A program made the position numbers and the translations under genes. The notes under the pieces are model-generated. The model made no database searches. It was not told the DNA's origin and worked only from the letters and a program-made list of their open reading frames with translations. DNA of 64,000 nt from Salinispira sp. (lineage in GTDB: Bacteria > Spirochaetota > Spirochaetia > DSM-27196 > Salinispiraceae): the NCBI GenBank assembly GCA_965602015.1, contig OZ271918.1, positions 3,040,001-3,104,000 on the forward strand, in the 5' to 3' direction. Shown here one piece after another: positions 1-10,946 of the stretch (positions are counted from its first letter, which is position 1; each line of letters starts with the position of its first letter).

Positions 1-1152
1 TTCTTCGTCGATGATCCAGTAGGCTTCCATGCTCTGAGCCCGAAGCACCCCTTCCACGGGTATTTCATAGGGTCCGTCTTTCCTCGAAAAATTGAGCTCA
101 TCGCTTTCTTCCGGATGGGGCAGGAGATCCTCGTTTACCGGCAGGTCGTCATCATCATCGATGAGAGTTTCATCATCCTCTTCAATCTCAGAGTCCCGGG
201 GAGGGATTTCCTCCGGAGGGGCATCGCTCACCGGCTCCGGCGCGTAGTTTGCCGGGACAAAATCATCGATGTCCAGATCGACCCCCGCCCGGGGCGTCTG
301 TATTTCGGGATTCTCCGTATGTACATTCTGATTCTGTCGCAGCAAATTCAGATAGATGATCTCATCTTCGCCTTCCAGCTCCTCCAGTTCCTCTTCAAAG
401 CTCGGAAGGTCAGGCTCGGCTGTTTGCCGGGAGAAACCCATGTCAATTTCCATGTCGCTTTCGTGCCGCCAGTTCGAACTCTCATTGACGGACACAGGAT
501 CTGCCTTTAGCTCATCGTCACCATCATCCTGGTGCAAAGGCGTAAATTCGGACATTTTTGCGCTGAACAGGCTTTCTACTCCGCTGCCCGGTATATGCTG
601 TTCCTCGGGCAGGGTCCGGTCCGGAAGAAGAATCTGCGGCCCACTGTCCGACACTGATTCCTCATGATCAGGAATCGATTCTTCAACGGCTTCAGCAACT
701 TCCGCCGCATCGTACAAGCTCAGGCCAAGCCTGAGCACCAAAATAAGGGCAATCAGGCTGAGGGTTGCGGCTATGGTTGCGGCCCCGGCGAGGGAGAAAT
801 TGGTAACCAGGAAACCGCCGATGAGGGTTTCGGAAAAACCCGGATCCAGAAGCAGGCGGAACACCGCCGCAAGACTGAGAGCGGGCAGCGATAGAAGGCT
901 GCTGCAGTACAGACTCATGCGGGTATCACGTTGGGTCGCCACCATTATGCCGTTGAATATAAGATAGGCGGGGAGGAAAAACGCCATCAGGGAAAACGTG
1001 GTAAACAGGAAATCCCCGGGAACTGCCAAGAGCCTGATAAGAAAACTCGACTGGAGACCAGGCACCATGGCACCAAAAACCGAGGCCAAAAGGTAGAATC
1101 CCGAGATGCTAAATATGCCTCCAAGGGCACCGGACTGGTATGTGCTGCGCAT
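1..1152 (-). CDS. ftsK: DNA translocase FtsK, N-terminal part (runs off the left edge)
   Basis: Frame is open from ATG 1152 (SD GGGAGG) to position 1. Translates MRSTYQSGALGGIFS..., several TM segments, a long acidic linker, then ...YEIPVEGVLRAQSMEAYWIIDEE, as expected just before the FtsK motor. Lies downstream of uppP. The motor domain is outside the window. Confidence 0.65.
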   Translation of the reverse strand, partial: MRSTYQSGALGGIFSISGFYLLASVFGAMVPGLQSSFLIRLLAVPGDFLFTTFSLMAFFLPAYLIFNGIMVATQRDTRMSLYCSSLLSLPALSLAAVFRLLLDPGFSETLIGGFLVTNFSLAGAATIAATLSLIALILVLRLGLSLYDAAEVAEAVEESIPDHEESVSDSGPQILLPDRTLPEEQHIPGSGVESLFSAKMSEFTPLHQDDGDDELKADPVSVNESSNWRHESDMEIDMGFSRQTAEPDLPSFEEELEELEGEDEIIYLNLLRQNQNVHTENPEIQTPRAGVDLDIDDFVPANYAPEPVSDAPPEEIPPRDSEIEEDDETLIDDDDDLPVNEDLLPHPEESDELNFSRKDGPYEIPVEGVLRAQSMEAYWIIDEE

Positions 1153-1183
1153 AGATTCCCTCCCGGTTTCACTATCGGTAAAA

Positions 1184-1990
1184 TCAGAGGAAAATTAAGC
1201 CGATGATCCCCAGGGGAATGAGATAGAAGGCAAAATAAAACAGCTTGCCCTTGCGCACCAATTTCATGAGAAATATCAGAGCAAGAAGTCCGCTTATGAA
1301 TCCGGCAGCCATTCCCGAGATGAGGGCCGGCAGCCCGATATCGCCGCTCAATTGCCCGATATCCCCGAGTTTTAACACTGCCGCGCCGAGAATAGCCGGA
1401 ATCGACAAAATAAAACTGAACTCCCCGGCCTCTTCGCGTTTTAATCCCGCAGCCAAACCGGCGGAAATGGTAATTCCCGAGCGGCTGATTCCCGGAAACA
1501 CCCCGAGTCCCTGGGCAATCCCGGCGAACAGGGCTCTGCCCGGTCCGATCCGGTCATAGCCCCGCTGGCCTTCGGTTATCCGGGATGTTGCAAGAAGGAT
1601 GAAGGCGGTGACGATAAACAAGGCGCTTACCAACGTGATATTTTCCGACGGTTGAATGACCTCTTCAATCCCCACTCCGAGGACCCCCGTCACTGCGGTC
1701 GCAAGAATAATGAGCCCTGCCAGCTTGACGTGAACCATATCCCCGTCATCGGCCCTTCTGGTAGTCCAGCGGAAGAGGCTGACCAGGATCATCCAAATCC
1801 GCCGCCGAAACACTATGACCACCGCCGCAAGAGTGGCAACGTGAAGTAAAATATCAAAGAGAATGGAAATATCCTGGTACCCCCAAATCTCCTTGAGCAG
1901 GGCAAGATGTCCCGAACTCGATACGGGCAAAAACTCGGTCAGGCCCTGTAAAAGGCCAAAAACAGCAGCTTCAATAACATTCATCTTCAC
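1184..1990 (-). CDS. uppP: Undecaprenyl-diphosphate phosphatase (BacA/UppP)
   Basis: QGLTEFLPVSSSGHL and PGISRSG motifs; polytopic membrane protein. Start may be ATG 1984. Confidence 0.97.
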   Translation of the reverse strand: MKMNVIEAAVFGLLQGLTEFLPVSSSGHLALLKEIWGYQDISILFDILLHVATLAAVVIVFRRRIWMILVSLFRWTTRRADDGDMVHVKLAGLIILATAVTGVLGVGIEEVIQPSENITLVSALFIVTAFILLATSRITEGQRGYDRIGPGRALFAGIAQGLGVFPGISRSGITISAGLAAGLKREEAGEFSFILSIPAILGAAVLKLGDIGQLSGDIGLPALISGMAAGFISGLLALIFLMKLVRKGKLFYFAFYLIPLGIIGLIFL

Positions 1991-2029
1991 TCCTCGCTTT
2001 ACGCGGAACCTTTGGCTCTGTCAGGCGGA

Positions 2030-4519
2030 TTATCGGGGAATAAGCGGCCGAATCAATTCCCGGCTTACCGCTGCCGTATCGCCGTCGTAGAGGTATTCGT
2101 ATACGAACCAGGATTGAAGCACCCGGGGAACATAGTCCCTGGTTTCCTCAATTGGCAGGTAGAGTAATAGCATAAAAACCTGTGCCGGGTCTGCCAGTCT
2201 TTCCAGATCGGCGATCCAGCGATCGGTTCGGCCCTGTCCGCCGTTATACGCCGCCAGGGTTTCGGGGATGCTGAAGAAGCGGCTTCGCAGATACGCGAGA
2301 TATGAAGCCGACATGGCTATATTGTCTTTGGGATTCGTCAGGTCGTAGCTGTCCAGACGCATGCGCCGCGCGATATCCACCGCAGTTTCGGGAATTATCT
2401 GGCCGAGCCCTATGGCCCCTGCATGACTGTCGGCGGACGCATCGAAGCGGCTCTCCTCCCGCATTAAGGCATAGAGCAGTCCGTCGGGCAAGGCGGCGTG
2501 ACGGGTTTCGCGCTCCACTACTTCCCGGTACGGCCGGGGATACAGGAGGGAAAGGACTGACTCAACATCTCCCGCCGCAGATATCCATGCATCCAGATTT
2601 TCCTCGTAGATCCGGCTGCGGTACACGGCGCTTTCCATGAGCCTCATTCCTCCGTACCAGTCGCCGAGTTCATAGGCTCTTCTTACCAGGGGGATGATGT
2701 CCGAAGGCTCCCAGCGATACTCCGGGGGGGCGGCGGCGAGGATATCCGCGGCTTCCCGATACATGGTGAAATCCCCAAAGCCCTGAACCAAAAAGGCCAA
2801 TTGGCTGTCGGGCTCCCGGCTTTGAATCAGGTTAGCGGTTTTTGATGCGGGTACGCTTCTGGTGAGGGGAAGCAGGTATTCCAGGTCTTGTGAATCCAGT
2901 TCCCCGGTAAAATCCCGGTTCACCATGGCCTGCACGACCTGCGGCGATTCGACTGAAGCCTTTCCCGCAAGGCGCTGCAGTTCCGCGCTGAGGTTGTCAT
3001 CGCCAAAATCCCGGATCCGTTCATCCAGGAGGCGGAGGCTCAGGGCATTCCACAGGGGAGGCAAACTGCCCTCGGCCCCGGTCACCAAGCGGGCAAGTTC
3101 AGGCCACCGGGAAGCGGAAACCAGACTGGCGATATGCTCCCGGCTGATATCCCGGAAATATGCGGGATTTCGAATCTGAGGAAAGGCCCGCCGGACATCG
3201 GGATTCAGACCGCCGTCAATGCGCATGGAAGCTGATATCCAGAGCCATAAAAGACGCTCGCGGGCATTATCCAGTTCGCGAATATCGGTATAGCTATCTG
3301 CTTCAATGCGGTCCGCGCTTCCCTCGGGCTTGAGAATAGTATCATATTCCGTGAGCAGTTCCTCAAGGCGGTAGAACTCCCGCTCAAAAATGAGGGAAGC
3401 GCTTCGCGGATCACCGGAAGCCATGGCCAGACGGCCGCGATACTCATGTATCCGGCTTCGGAAACGATCTTCGGCAAAGATTATCGCACCGCCGGTGCTC
3501 AGGTCTCGTGCGTCATTCCCGAGCCCAAGCTCTGTGGAGTCCATATCAATTTCGAGAATGCGGCTGAGAATTTCATTGCCGTCGTCAAAACGGCGGGTTT
3601 CCGAAGCGGCGATAAACACATCCCTGATAATCCCCTCATCGAGGCGAAGGGCACCCAGGCTCACGAGATCGGTCATGCTCGTCATGGTAAAGTCCGGATT
3701 CAGGCGGTCGGTCAGCTCAAGAGCAATGTCCAGGGCGCGGCCGTGGTCCGAGCGGATGCGTGCGGACTTACCATCAATCCACGCGAAGAACGCCGCATCC
3801 TCCCGGGACGGGGTTCCCAGAATCTCCCGGAGCTGGCTATGGCCGTTTCGCGCATCGGAAACAAACACATATGGCTCTATAAGCTCCCGGACTTCCCGGC
3901 TCGGATTTTGATGCGCAGCGATAATGGCCTGATAGTACATCAGGCCGTGGGAAAAATCCCCGCTCCGGAAAAAATCCGGAAAGTTGCTGCGAAGATCCAA
4001 TAATTCGGCGAATGCCCTATCGTACTGCCCGAGCCTCAGGCGGGCTTCGAATCGCTGTGAATAGTGCCAGTCATGTACAGCAGGATCCGGCGCCCGCCGC
4101 CGGGAGGGTTCAAAAGTCAGTGCTACAACTTCATTGTAGGCTCCGCGGGCCAAAAGCAGGCGGTTCAAGGAACGCAGGGCGGGAAAATACCAGGGACTCT
4201 TCTGAGAATCCAGGCTTTCGCGAAAAAAGAACTCCGCCTCATCGCCCCTTCCCCGGGAAACGAGAAGTTCGCCGATGATGTAGGTAGATCCGGGATAACT
4301 GTTTTTCAGCTTCTGCACATCGCGGCCCTCAGGAAGGGCTTCCCGGGACACATCCCATTCTCCGGAGTACAGCGCTTTCTGGAAACGGGGCAGACTCATT
4401 CCATAGACCGACGTTTCCCCTTCGCAGGAGACAATAAAAGCGGCCAGAATTAAAGCGGCCGGAAAAAATACAATGAGATTCCAGGCCGGTTGGAGACGAA
4501 AAGATTTATTGCGATTCAT
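2030..4519 (-). CDS. Lytic transglycosylase (SLT domain) lipoprotein with a long helical N-terminus
   Basis: C-terminal ALMREESRF, AIGLGQI, AAYNGG and ETRDYV SLT motifs; lipobox-like IVSC. Confidence 0.9.
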   Translation of the reverse strand: MNRNKSFRLQPAWNLIVFFPAALILAAFIVSCEGETSVYGMSLPRFQKALYSGEWDVSREALPEGRDVQKLKNSYPGSTYIIGELLVSRGRGDEAEFFFRESLDSQKSPWYFPALRSLNRLLLARGAYNEVVALTFEPSRRRAPDPAVHDWHYSQRFEARLRLGQYDRAFAELLDLRSNFPDFFRSGDFSHGLMYYQAIIAAHQNPSREVRELIEPYVFVSDARNGHSQLREILGTPSREDAAFFAWIDGKSARIRSDHGRALDIALELTDRLNPDFTMTSMTDLVSLGALRLDEGIIRDVFIAASETRRFDDGNEILSRILEIDMDSTELGLGNDARDLSTGGAIIFAEDRFRSRIHEYRGRLAMASGDPRSASLIFEREFYRLEELLTEYDTILKPEGSADRIEADSYTDIRELDNARERLLWLWISASMRIDGGLNPDVRRAFPQIRNPAYFRDISREHIASLVSASRWPELARLVTGAEGSLPPLWNALSLRLLDERIRDFGDDNLSAELQRLAGKASVESPQVVQAMVNRDFTGELDSQDLEYLLPLTRSVPASKTANLIQSREPDSQLAFLVQGFGDFTMYREAADILAAAPPEYRWEPSDIIPLVRRAYELGDWYGGMRLMESAVYRSRIYEENLDAWISAAGDVESVLSLLYPRPYREVVERETRHAALPDGLLYALMREESRFDASADSHAGAIGLGQIIPETAVDIARRMRLDSYDLTNPKDNIAMSASYLAYLRSRFFSIPETLAAYNGGQGRTDRWIADLERLADPAQVFMLLLYLPIEETRDYVPRVLQSWFVYEYLYDGDTAAVSRELIRPLIPR

Positions 4520-4531
4520 GGGTCCGGTATA

Positions 4532-5245
4532 TTACAGAACAATCCCGCTTGCGCGGGATACGGCGATGCGCATACCATCCTCGACAGCCGGCAGCATGCT
4601 GTCTATCGGAGGAATTTCCGAGCCCCTCATGAGCTGAAAAATAAGAAAGCTTGCTCCGACCGTCACGCTGCAGGCGACCAGGACCAGCGCCGCGACTATC
4701 CCGGGCTTCAAGCCCCGCCGTTGGGGTTCGGAGAACTGGTCATCCGGGGAGAGCTCCCATTCCGGAGCCTCGGATTCGCCAAGGGAACCCCCATGCAATG
4801 AGGCCTCCTGGTGAAGAGCTTCCATGTCTTCCTTGTCTCCGATGAAGTCGCCGGGGTCAGGGAGAGATACGTCGTCATCCAGGGAGAAATCATCTCCGGC
4901 AAAGAGGTTTTCATCTGTCATTGCCTCTGCGCGGGTCTGGAGAATCAATTGACGTTCATCGCCGCCGTCTTCGTCCCGGGCACTTACTTCAAGCTGATCC
5001 TGGTCATTTACCGATATAAAAATCGCGATGTTTTTTTCATCTTTGGAACCCGGGGAGAGGTGCTCGAGGTTCACGCTTCCCAGGTATTCGGGGCTGATAA
5101 AGGCATCGCTATCGTCCCGAAAAAACTGTATATGCACCGCTTGCTGGTTGTCATTTGCCGGGCCGAGCACCATGCGCTTTCTGGTTTTCCGAGTTTCATC
5201 CATCACCGGATAGTAGCTGCCGTCAGCGAGGCGGATTCCGATCAT
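4532..5245 (-). CDS. Membrane-anchored protein with an Hsp70 substrate-binding-like domain
   Basis: N-terminus resembles the DnaK SBD beta domain (NDNQQAVHIQFF...LGSVNL...LEVSARDE), followed by an acidic linker and one TM helix. Confidence 0.65.
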   Translation of the reverse strand: MIGIRLADGSYYPVMDETRKTRKRMVLGPANDNQQAVHIQFFRDDSDAFISPEYLGSVNLEHLSPGSKDEKNIAIFISVNDQDQLEVSARDEDGGDERQLILQTRAEAMTDENLFAGDDFSLDDDVSLPDPGDFIGDKEDMEALHQEASLHGGSLGESEAPEWELSPDDQFSEPQRRGLKPGIVAALVLVACSVTVGASFLIFQLMRGSEIPPIDSMLPAVEDGMRIAVSRASGIVL

Positions 5246-5267
5246 ATAGTACCCCCTGGTCTTATAT

Positions 5268-5320
5268 CAGTGTAGGACTCCGGGCATTTCTTGACAAGTA
5301 TTGCAGCTGTACAGAATAAT
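5268..5320. promoter_or_regulatory. Divergent sigma70-type promoters sharing the -35 heptamer TTGACAA (5291-5297)
   Basis: Minus strand TTGTCA-17-TACACT; plus strand TTGACA-18-AATAAT-6-ATG(5327). Confidence 0.55.
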
Positions 5321-5326
5321 TACCCT

Positions 5327-6700
5327 ATGAACTTGTTTCCCATCATAGTCGCCGGCCTGGCAGTCCTGCTGCTCGGACTTATTACACTTACTGTTCTGAT
5401 GCGGGGTCGCGGTGAGGATGATGAAGATAGGGCAAAAAAGAAGAAGAAATCAAAGAACCGGGACCAGATAATCAAGGAGGCTAACCGCAAACTTGCGGCG
5501 AACCCGAAGGATATCGAAGCGCTTCAAAGCCTCGGAGAGATTTATTTCAAGGACCAGGACTGGGAAAAATCTCTGAGAACAAACGCCATGCTCCTTGAAA
5601 TGGCCAGCAGCCATCCTGAAATCGATGAAAAAACCGTAAATCTCCGCCACGCGCTCTCAGCCTACAACCTGAATATGCTCGATGACGCCTATAAAGGCCT
5701 GCTGATCGCCCGCACCTTCGATTCGGATTTATTTGAGATTAACTATCACCTGGGTGTCATAGAATACAAACGGAAGAACTACGAAAAATCCGCAGGCTAC
5801 ATGAATAATGCCGCCAGGGTTAATCCTGAGCATTTGGACAGCGCCAAGTACCTTGGGCTCTCATTATTCAGATTGAAGCACCATAAAGAAGCGGTTATGA
5901 AACTGCGGAAAGTCGTCGACCAAAGACCCGACGAGAAGGAAGCGTTGTACTTCCTCGCCCAGAGTTACTATGAAATCGGACAGAATGACAAAGCGGTTCA
6001 GATTTTCGAGCATCTCCGGCCCGACCCGGGCTTCGGCCCCCATGCGGCGGTCATGGCGGGCAGCATTCACTTTAAGCAAAATCATCTCGATCAGGCCCAG
6101 CTCGACTTCGAAATCGGACTCCGCCACCAGAATATCAAGCCCGACCTGCAAATGGAGTTAAAATACCGCTTGGCGGCAACCCTGATGAAGCAGCAAAACG
6201 TCGCCGAGGCCCTGGGACATCTCAACGAGATTTATCAGGTAAACCCGAATTACAAGGATGTGGCGGCCCAAATTAAGCGAAGCAGCGAACTTTCGAAAAA
6301 CGAGTACCTGCAAACCTACCTGATGGCAAACGATGCGGACTTCGTGTCCCTCTGCCGACGCCTGGCAGGTCTGTTTTTTAAGCGCGCGAACACCAAGATT
6401 ACCGACATCCAGGTCAGGAAAGGCGAGTATTCGGACATCCTCGCAGAGGTCGAGACTGCCAGCTGGGCGGACATTGTTCTGTTCCGATTCGTGAGAACCA
6501 CCGGGGTCGTGGGGGAATTCGTTCTTCGGGACCTGCATTCCAGAATAAAAGAGACGAAGGCCGGTCGGGGGTTCTGCATTTGTGCGGGTACATTTTCCGA
6601 GACCGCCCAAAAATTCGTCGAGGCCCGGTTCATCGACCTGGTCGATAAGCCCGCGCTCCTCAAGACAATGCACAAGCTGGGCTTCAAAGGGCGTTTATGA
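5327..6700 (+). CDS. Membrane-anchored TPR protein with a C-terminal Mrr-like (restriction-endonuclease-fold) domain
   Basis: N-terminal TM, multiple TPR-like repeats, C-terminal GEFVLRDL...AGRGFCICAGTFSETAQKF...IDLVD resembling Mrr_cat. ATG 5327 preferred over the TTG 5291 in the ORF track. Confidence 0.8.
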   Translation: MNLFPIIVAGLAVLLLGLITLTVLMRGRGEDDEDRAKKKKKSKNRDQIIKEANRKLAANPKDIEALQSLGEIYFKDQDWEKSLRTNAMLLEMASSHPEIDEKTVNLRHALSAYNLNMLDDAYKGLLIARTFDSDLFEINYHLGVIEYKRKNYEKSAGYMNNAARVNPEHLDSAKYLGLSLFRLKHHKEAVMKLRKVVDQRPDEKEALYFLAQSYYEIGQNDKAVQIFEHLRPDPGFGPHAAVMAGSIHFKQNHLDQAQLDFEIGLRHQNIKPDLQMELKYRLAATLMKQQNVAEALGHLNEIYQVNPNYKDVAAQIKRSSELSKNEYLQTYLMANDADFVSLCRRLAGLFFKRANTKITDIQVRKGEYSDILAEVETASWADIVLFRFVRTTGVVGEFVLRDLHSRIKETKAGRGFCICAGTFSETAQKFVEARFIDLVDKPALLKTMHKLGFKGRL

Positions 6701-6728
6701 GCTCAGGGTAATCGGCCCGGCAAGGCGT

Positions 6729-7415
6729 TCAAAGCCCCCGGGCGGTCACCACGAGATGACGCTCATCATCCAGTCCCGGTACCTTTAACGGTATGATATC
6801 CGCATATTCAAACTCAGCACCCATCTCACTGCGAATGGTCTCCATGCGGCCCTTGTAGGCAATCACATAACCGCCGGGGCGAAGGAGGCGGCGCTGTACG
6901 GCAAGCTGTTCGGGAGTTAGATTTCTGAACGCCCGGGACGTGACCATATCAAAGCTCGACGGCGTCACATCCTCAATTTTTTTTTGATGAATGCTTACAA
7001 TGGAGTCAAGGCCGAGTATGGGGACAATATTCCGCAGAAACCCGCAGCGGCGCTGCTGTTTTTCAACCAAATGCACCTCGAGCGCCAGGGAATTCATCAT
7101 TGCCAGGGCGAGAATTAGTCCCGGCAAGCCCGAACCCGATCCCAGGTCCGCTACACACAGGGGATCGCCCTCCCGGTCCAGCTCCCTGCCCTGGATTATC
7201 TCATCGGCTTTTCGAAGAAAAACCGGCACGGCTGCGGCGCAATCGAGAATGTGCTTGAGAATAATGCCCCGTTCATCGGCTTCGATGAGACCGAGCTTTG
7301 GATTCCACAACAGCAGCTCGCTGTAATAGAGTTTGATTTTCGGAAGCAGATGGTCAGCCGGGAGACCTATAGAGTTCAAGCCGGAAACCAGCAAATCCTG
7401 CAATTCGCCTGTCAT
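6729..7415 (-). CDS. rsmG: 16S rRNA m7G527 methyltransferase
   Basis: [15 protein letters not shown] and SRAF motifs; follows mnmG. Confidence 0.95.
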   Translation of the reverse strand: MTGELQDLLVSGLNSIGLPADHLLPKIKLYYSELLLWNPKLGLIEADERGIILKHILDCAAAVPVFLRKADEIIQGRELDREGDPLCVADLGSGSGLPGLILALAMMNSLALEVHLVEKQQRRCGFLRNIVPILGLDSIVSIHQKKIEDVTPSSFDMVTSRAFRNLTPEQLAVQRRLLRPGGYVIAYKGRMETIRSEMGAEFEYADIIPLKVPGLDDERHLVVTARGL

Positions 7416-9340
7416 ACCTTGCTGTCGTTCAGCATCTCCTCGCTGAGCGCCTTCTGTTCCTCGGTCTGACCGGGCCTTCTGGCTACCGCGACCATCAAAA
7501 TCGCGATATCCGAGGTTCGGGCACCGCTGATTCTGCTAGCCTGGCCGATGGAGAGAGGGCGTATATCTTTGAACTTTTCCCTGGCTTCGTTGGAAAGCCC
7601 CATTACTCCATCATAGTTGAAGTCTCCGGGAATTTTCATTTTTTCCATCTTGGCGAAGCGCAAAATCTGATCTTCCTGACGGGACACGTAGCCCTCATAT
7701 TTGATGTCGATTTCAGCCTGGCGCACCCACTCCAGGGGCATTCCGCTGAGAAGCCCGGAATCGATCCGCATAAGGTCTTCAATATTGGTGGCGGGATTCT
7801 TGAGGATCTGCATAAATGTCTTACCGGGAAGCCGTTGCACATGCTGCCGGGTATCGCTGAGAACCTCGGCAGCCAGGTCAAGCTCCTTCTCGGAAAGTCT
7901 GCGCCCAGCCAGACGCTGTTTTATTTCCTCGAGTCCTTCCTGCTTGGCGCGGAACTCCTCCCAGCGTTGAGGACTGTGAAGTCCCAGGCGCCAGCCTTTT
8001 TCGAACAGCCTCATATCCGAGGAGTCGTGACGGAGGCTGATGCGGTGCTCCGCTCTGGAGGTAAACATCCGGTACGGTTCCTTTGTGCCCAGGGTGACAA
8101 GATCGTCGATGAGCACTCCGATATATGCTTCAGCCCGGCTGAGGATAAGAGGCTCTTCCTCCCGAATGCTCAAGCTCGCGTTGATGCCCGCAAGAAGCCC
8201 TTGAGCGGCAGCTTCCTCGTAGCCGCTGGTGCCGTTGATCTGTCCGGCAAAGTACATTCCCCGGCAGCCTTTTGCCTCGAGGCTGGGGTAAAGCTGGCTG
8301 GGATCGATGTAATCGTATTCCACCGCATATCCCGGCCGCATGATAATGGCGTTCTCCAGACCGGGGATGCTGTGTATGAACTGTTCCTGGACATCTTCCG
8401 GAAGAGATGAAGAGATGCCGTTAAGATACATCTCCTTGGTTTCCATTCCCTCGGGTTCCACGAAAATCTGATGTCTGTCCCGCTGAGGGAACTTGACAAC
8501 CTTATCCTCGATGGAGGGGCAGTACCGGGGGCCCACACCTTCGATGGCTCCGCTGAAAAGCGGAGAGCGGTGCATGTTTTCGTTGATGATCCGGTGGGTT
8601 TCCTCTGTGGTGTAGGTGATATAGCAGGGTTCGTTGGGCCTCCCCTCACCTTCTCCGCTGAAAGAGAAGGGAAGCATCTCGTCATCACCGTATTGAAGTT
8701 CCATTTTCTCAAGGTCGAGGCTGTCCTTGTGTACCCGGGCGGGCGTACCGGTCTTCATGCGTCCCATGCGAAAGCCCAAAGCTCTCAAGGGCTTTTCCAA
8801 CCCCCGGGCAGCGGGCTCTCCGATCCGCCCGGCGCTCATGGAAAACTCGCCTACATGTATCTTCCCGTTGAGGAAGGTACCGGTAGTGATCACCAATTTT
8901 TTACAGCCGAACCTGCGCCCCCGTTCGGTGACAACTCCGCGAATCTCTTCCCCCGAGGCGTCGAGCACAAGATCGACAACGGTGTCCTGAAATAGATCGA
9001 GATTTTCCTGCAGTTCGAGGGTTTTTTTTGCCTCTATCTGATAGCGAATTTTATCGGCCTGGGCCCGGGGAGCCTGAACCGACGGACCCTTTCGGCGATT
9101 GAGTACCCGGTACTGAATCATCGTTTTATCAATAAGCCGGCCCATCTCGCCCCCAAGGGCGTCGATTTCCCGGACCATATTTCCCTTGGCGAGACCGCCT
9201 ACCGCAGGATTGCAGGAGAGCTTACCGATGGTGTCGAGGTTCATGCTGATCATGAGGGTTTTGAAACCTAGACGGGCTGGAGCGAGGCTCGCTTCTATTC
9301 CGGCGTGACCGCCGCCTATCACTATTACGTCAAAATCCAT
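7412..9340 (-). CDS. mnmG: tRNA uridine 5-carboxymethylaminomethyl modification enzyme GidA
   Basis: [32 protein letters not shown] and [16 protein letters not shown]. Confidence 0.99.
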   Translation of the reverse strand: MDFDVIVIGGGHAGIEASLAPARLGFKTLMISMNLDTIGKLSCNPAVGGLAKGNMVREIDALGGEMGRLIDKTMIQYRVLNRRKGPSVQAPRAQADKIRYQIEAKKTLELQENLDLFQDTVVDLVLDASGEEIRGVVTERGRRFGCKKLVITTGTFLNGKIHVGEFSMSAGRIGEPAARGLEKPLRALGFRMGRMKTGTPARVHKDSLDLEKMELQYGDDEMLPFSFSGEGEGRPNEPCYITYTTEETHRIINENMHRSPLFSGAIEGVGPRYCPSIEDKVVKFPQRDRHQIFVEPEGMETKEMYLNGISSSLPEDVQEQFIHSIPGLENAIIMRPGYAVEYDYIDPSQLYPSLEAKGCRGMYFAGQINGTSGYEEAAAQGLLAGINASLSIREEEPLILSRAEAYIGVLIDDLVTLGTKEPYRMFTSRAEHRISLRHDSSDMRLFEKGWRLGLHSPQRWEEFRAKQEGLEEIKQRLAGRRLSEKELDLAAEVLSDTRQHVQRLPGKTFMQILKNPATNIEDLMRIDSGLLSGMPLEWVRQAEIDIKYEGYVSRQEDQILRFAKMEKMKIPGDFNYDGVMGLSNEAREKFKDIRPLSIGQASRISGARTSDIAILMVAVARRPGQTEEQKALSEEMLNDSKV

Positions 9341-9448
9341 ATTTTTTACCTACTGGGTTGTCCGATTCCATTCTTGCACGGTGTTTCTGACTGGGCAGCT
9401 CAACTATACGCAGGGCGGAATTATAGTACGTCTGATAAAAAAAATCAG

Positions 9449-10849
9449 CTATTTACCCACGCAGAAACCGGAAAAAACCCTGTCGAGAATATCTTCACTG
9501 CTGACCTCGCCGGTGATTTCCCCGAGGCAGCGGAGGGCATTTTGCAGATCAAGGGCCACCATGTCCAGAGGCTGGCCGCCGTTAATGCTTTCAGCGGCAG
9601 TCTTTAGACTCTCGCCGGCCTCATCGATGAGCTGCTTCTGACGCAGCGAGTCTATAACCACATCAGCCTCTCCGAATCGCGGTATGTCCGCTGTGAGCAA
9701 ACTGCTCATTGCCTCCTGAAGGGTCTCGAACCCCTGGGCGCTAACGGCAGAGATACCGATAAATCCCTCCGGCGGGTCGATTTTTTTCGGAGTGTCAATC
9801 TTCGTCCACAGCGGAATAGAGCTTATTCCAAGTTCGGCTATTCGCGCCAGTTGCCGGCGGTCAAACTCGTTAATGCCGCCTTCGGACGAACCGTCAACCA
9901 GGTAGAGAATAATGCTGGAGTTTTCGATTATCTGACCGCTGCGGCGGATACCCTCAGCCTCGATAATCTCATCGACATCGCGAAGCCCGGCAGTATCGAA
10001 TAAGCGCACGGGAATCCCGTCGAGATCGAGGGGCGCCTCAATATAATCCCGGGTAGTGCCGTGGATATCCGAAACAATCGACCGATCCTCCCGCAGAAAC
10101 AGGTTAAAAAGACTAGACTTCCCGGCATTTGTGCGGCCCGCAAGGGCGACCCGGACTCCTTCCTGGTACAGCCTGCCGGCGCGATAGCTGGATGACAGCC
10201 TTTCGAGGCCGATACGGGCATCCTCGAGAAACGCCGGATCGACGAGACCCGCTAAATATGCCGAATCGTCCTCTTCGCCGGGGAGTTCATCGTCGGGATA
10301 ATCAAGCTGAACCGTTACCGATGCCATGATGTCGACCAAACGGGATTTTACCCGATCGATTTCTTTATACACTCCTCCGGCAAGCCGGTTAATGGCCATG
10401 CTTTGGGCTTTCCGGCTTCTGCTTTTCACCAGCTCATGGACCGCTTCAGCCGAGCTTAAATCCATCTTGCCGTTCAGGAAGGATCTCAGGCTAAACTCCC
10501 CCGGCTCGGCCTGCCGAAATCCCAGATCGAACAGGAGGGCCATAATCCGCTGTATTCCCGGCAAACTGCCGTGACTGAGGATTTCTACACTCTCCTCACC
10601 GGTGTAGCTGCGGGGGGCCCGAAAAACCGCGAGGGTCACCTCGTCAACCTTCCCTTTTTCATCCTCCAACCACCCGTACACAAGACTGTGCCCCGGACTT
10701 TCCAACAGCGCTTCCGGCCGGGAGAACCCCCGGGCAAGCAGTTCAATAATTCCGGTTCCGCTGGTCCGGATCACGGCCAAGGCACTCTCGCCCGGAGGGG
10801 TTGCCAGGGCGGCGATTGGTTCTTCATACAAGGTTTGATGGGTGCTCAT
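9449..10849 (-). CDS. mnmE: tRNA modification GTPase TrmE
   Basis: GRTNAGKSS, GTTRD, DTAGLR and C-terminal FCVGK. Confidence 0.99.
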   Translation of the reverse strand: MSTHQTLYEEPIAALATPPGESALAVIRTSGTGIIELLARGFSRPEALLESPGHSLVYGWLEDEKGKVDEVTLAVFRAPRSYTGEESVEILSHGSLPGIQRIMALLFDLGFRQAEPGEFSLRSFLNGKMDLSSAEAVHELVKSRSRKAQSMAINRLAGGVYKEIDRVKSRLVDIMASVTVQLDYPDDELPGEEDDSAYLAGLVDPAFLEDARIGLERLSSSYRAGRLYQEGVRVALAGRTNAGKSSLFNLFLREDRSIVSDIHGTTRDYIEAPLDLDGIPVRLFDTAGLRDVDEIIEAEGIRRSGQIIENSSIILYLVDGSSEGGINEFDRRQLARIAELGISSIPLWTKIDTPKKIDPPEGFIGISAVSAQGFETLQEAMSSLLTADIPRFGEADVVIDSLRQKQLIDEAGESLKTAAESINGGQPLDMVALDLQNALRCLGEITGEVSSEDILDRVFSGFCVGK

Positions 10850-10946
10850 TGGTAAAACATATCAGACAAATAACGCAAAAAAAAGCATTCGAACCTCTGG
10901 CTGGCGGTCTCTTGGCAACGGAGAGTCAAGAGACTATTATTGAAAA

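Noticed and set aside
115..1206. Short ORFs listed in the track at the left edge
   Set aside because: Explained as shadows or alternate frames of the open minus-strand ftsK-like frame 1-1152.
6729..10946. oriC near mnmE/mnmG/rsmG
   Set aside because: No dnaA/dnaN and no DnaA-box cluster seen.
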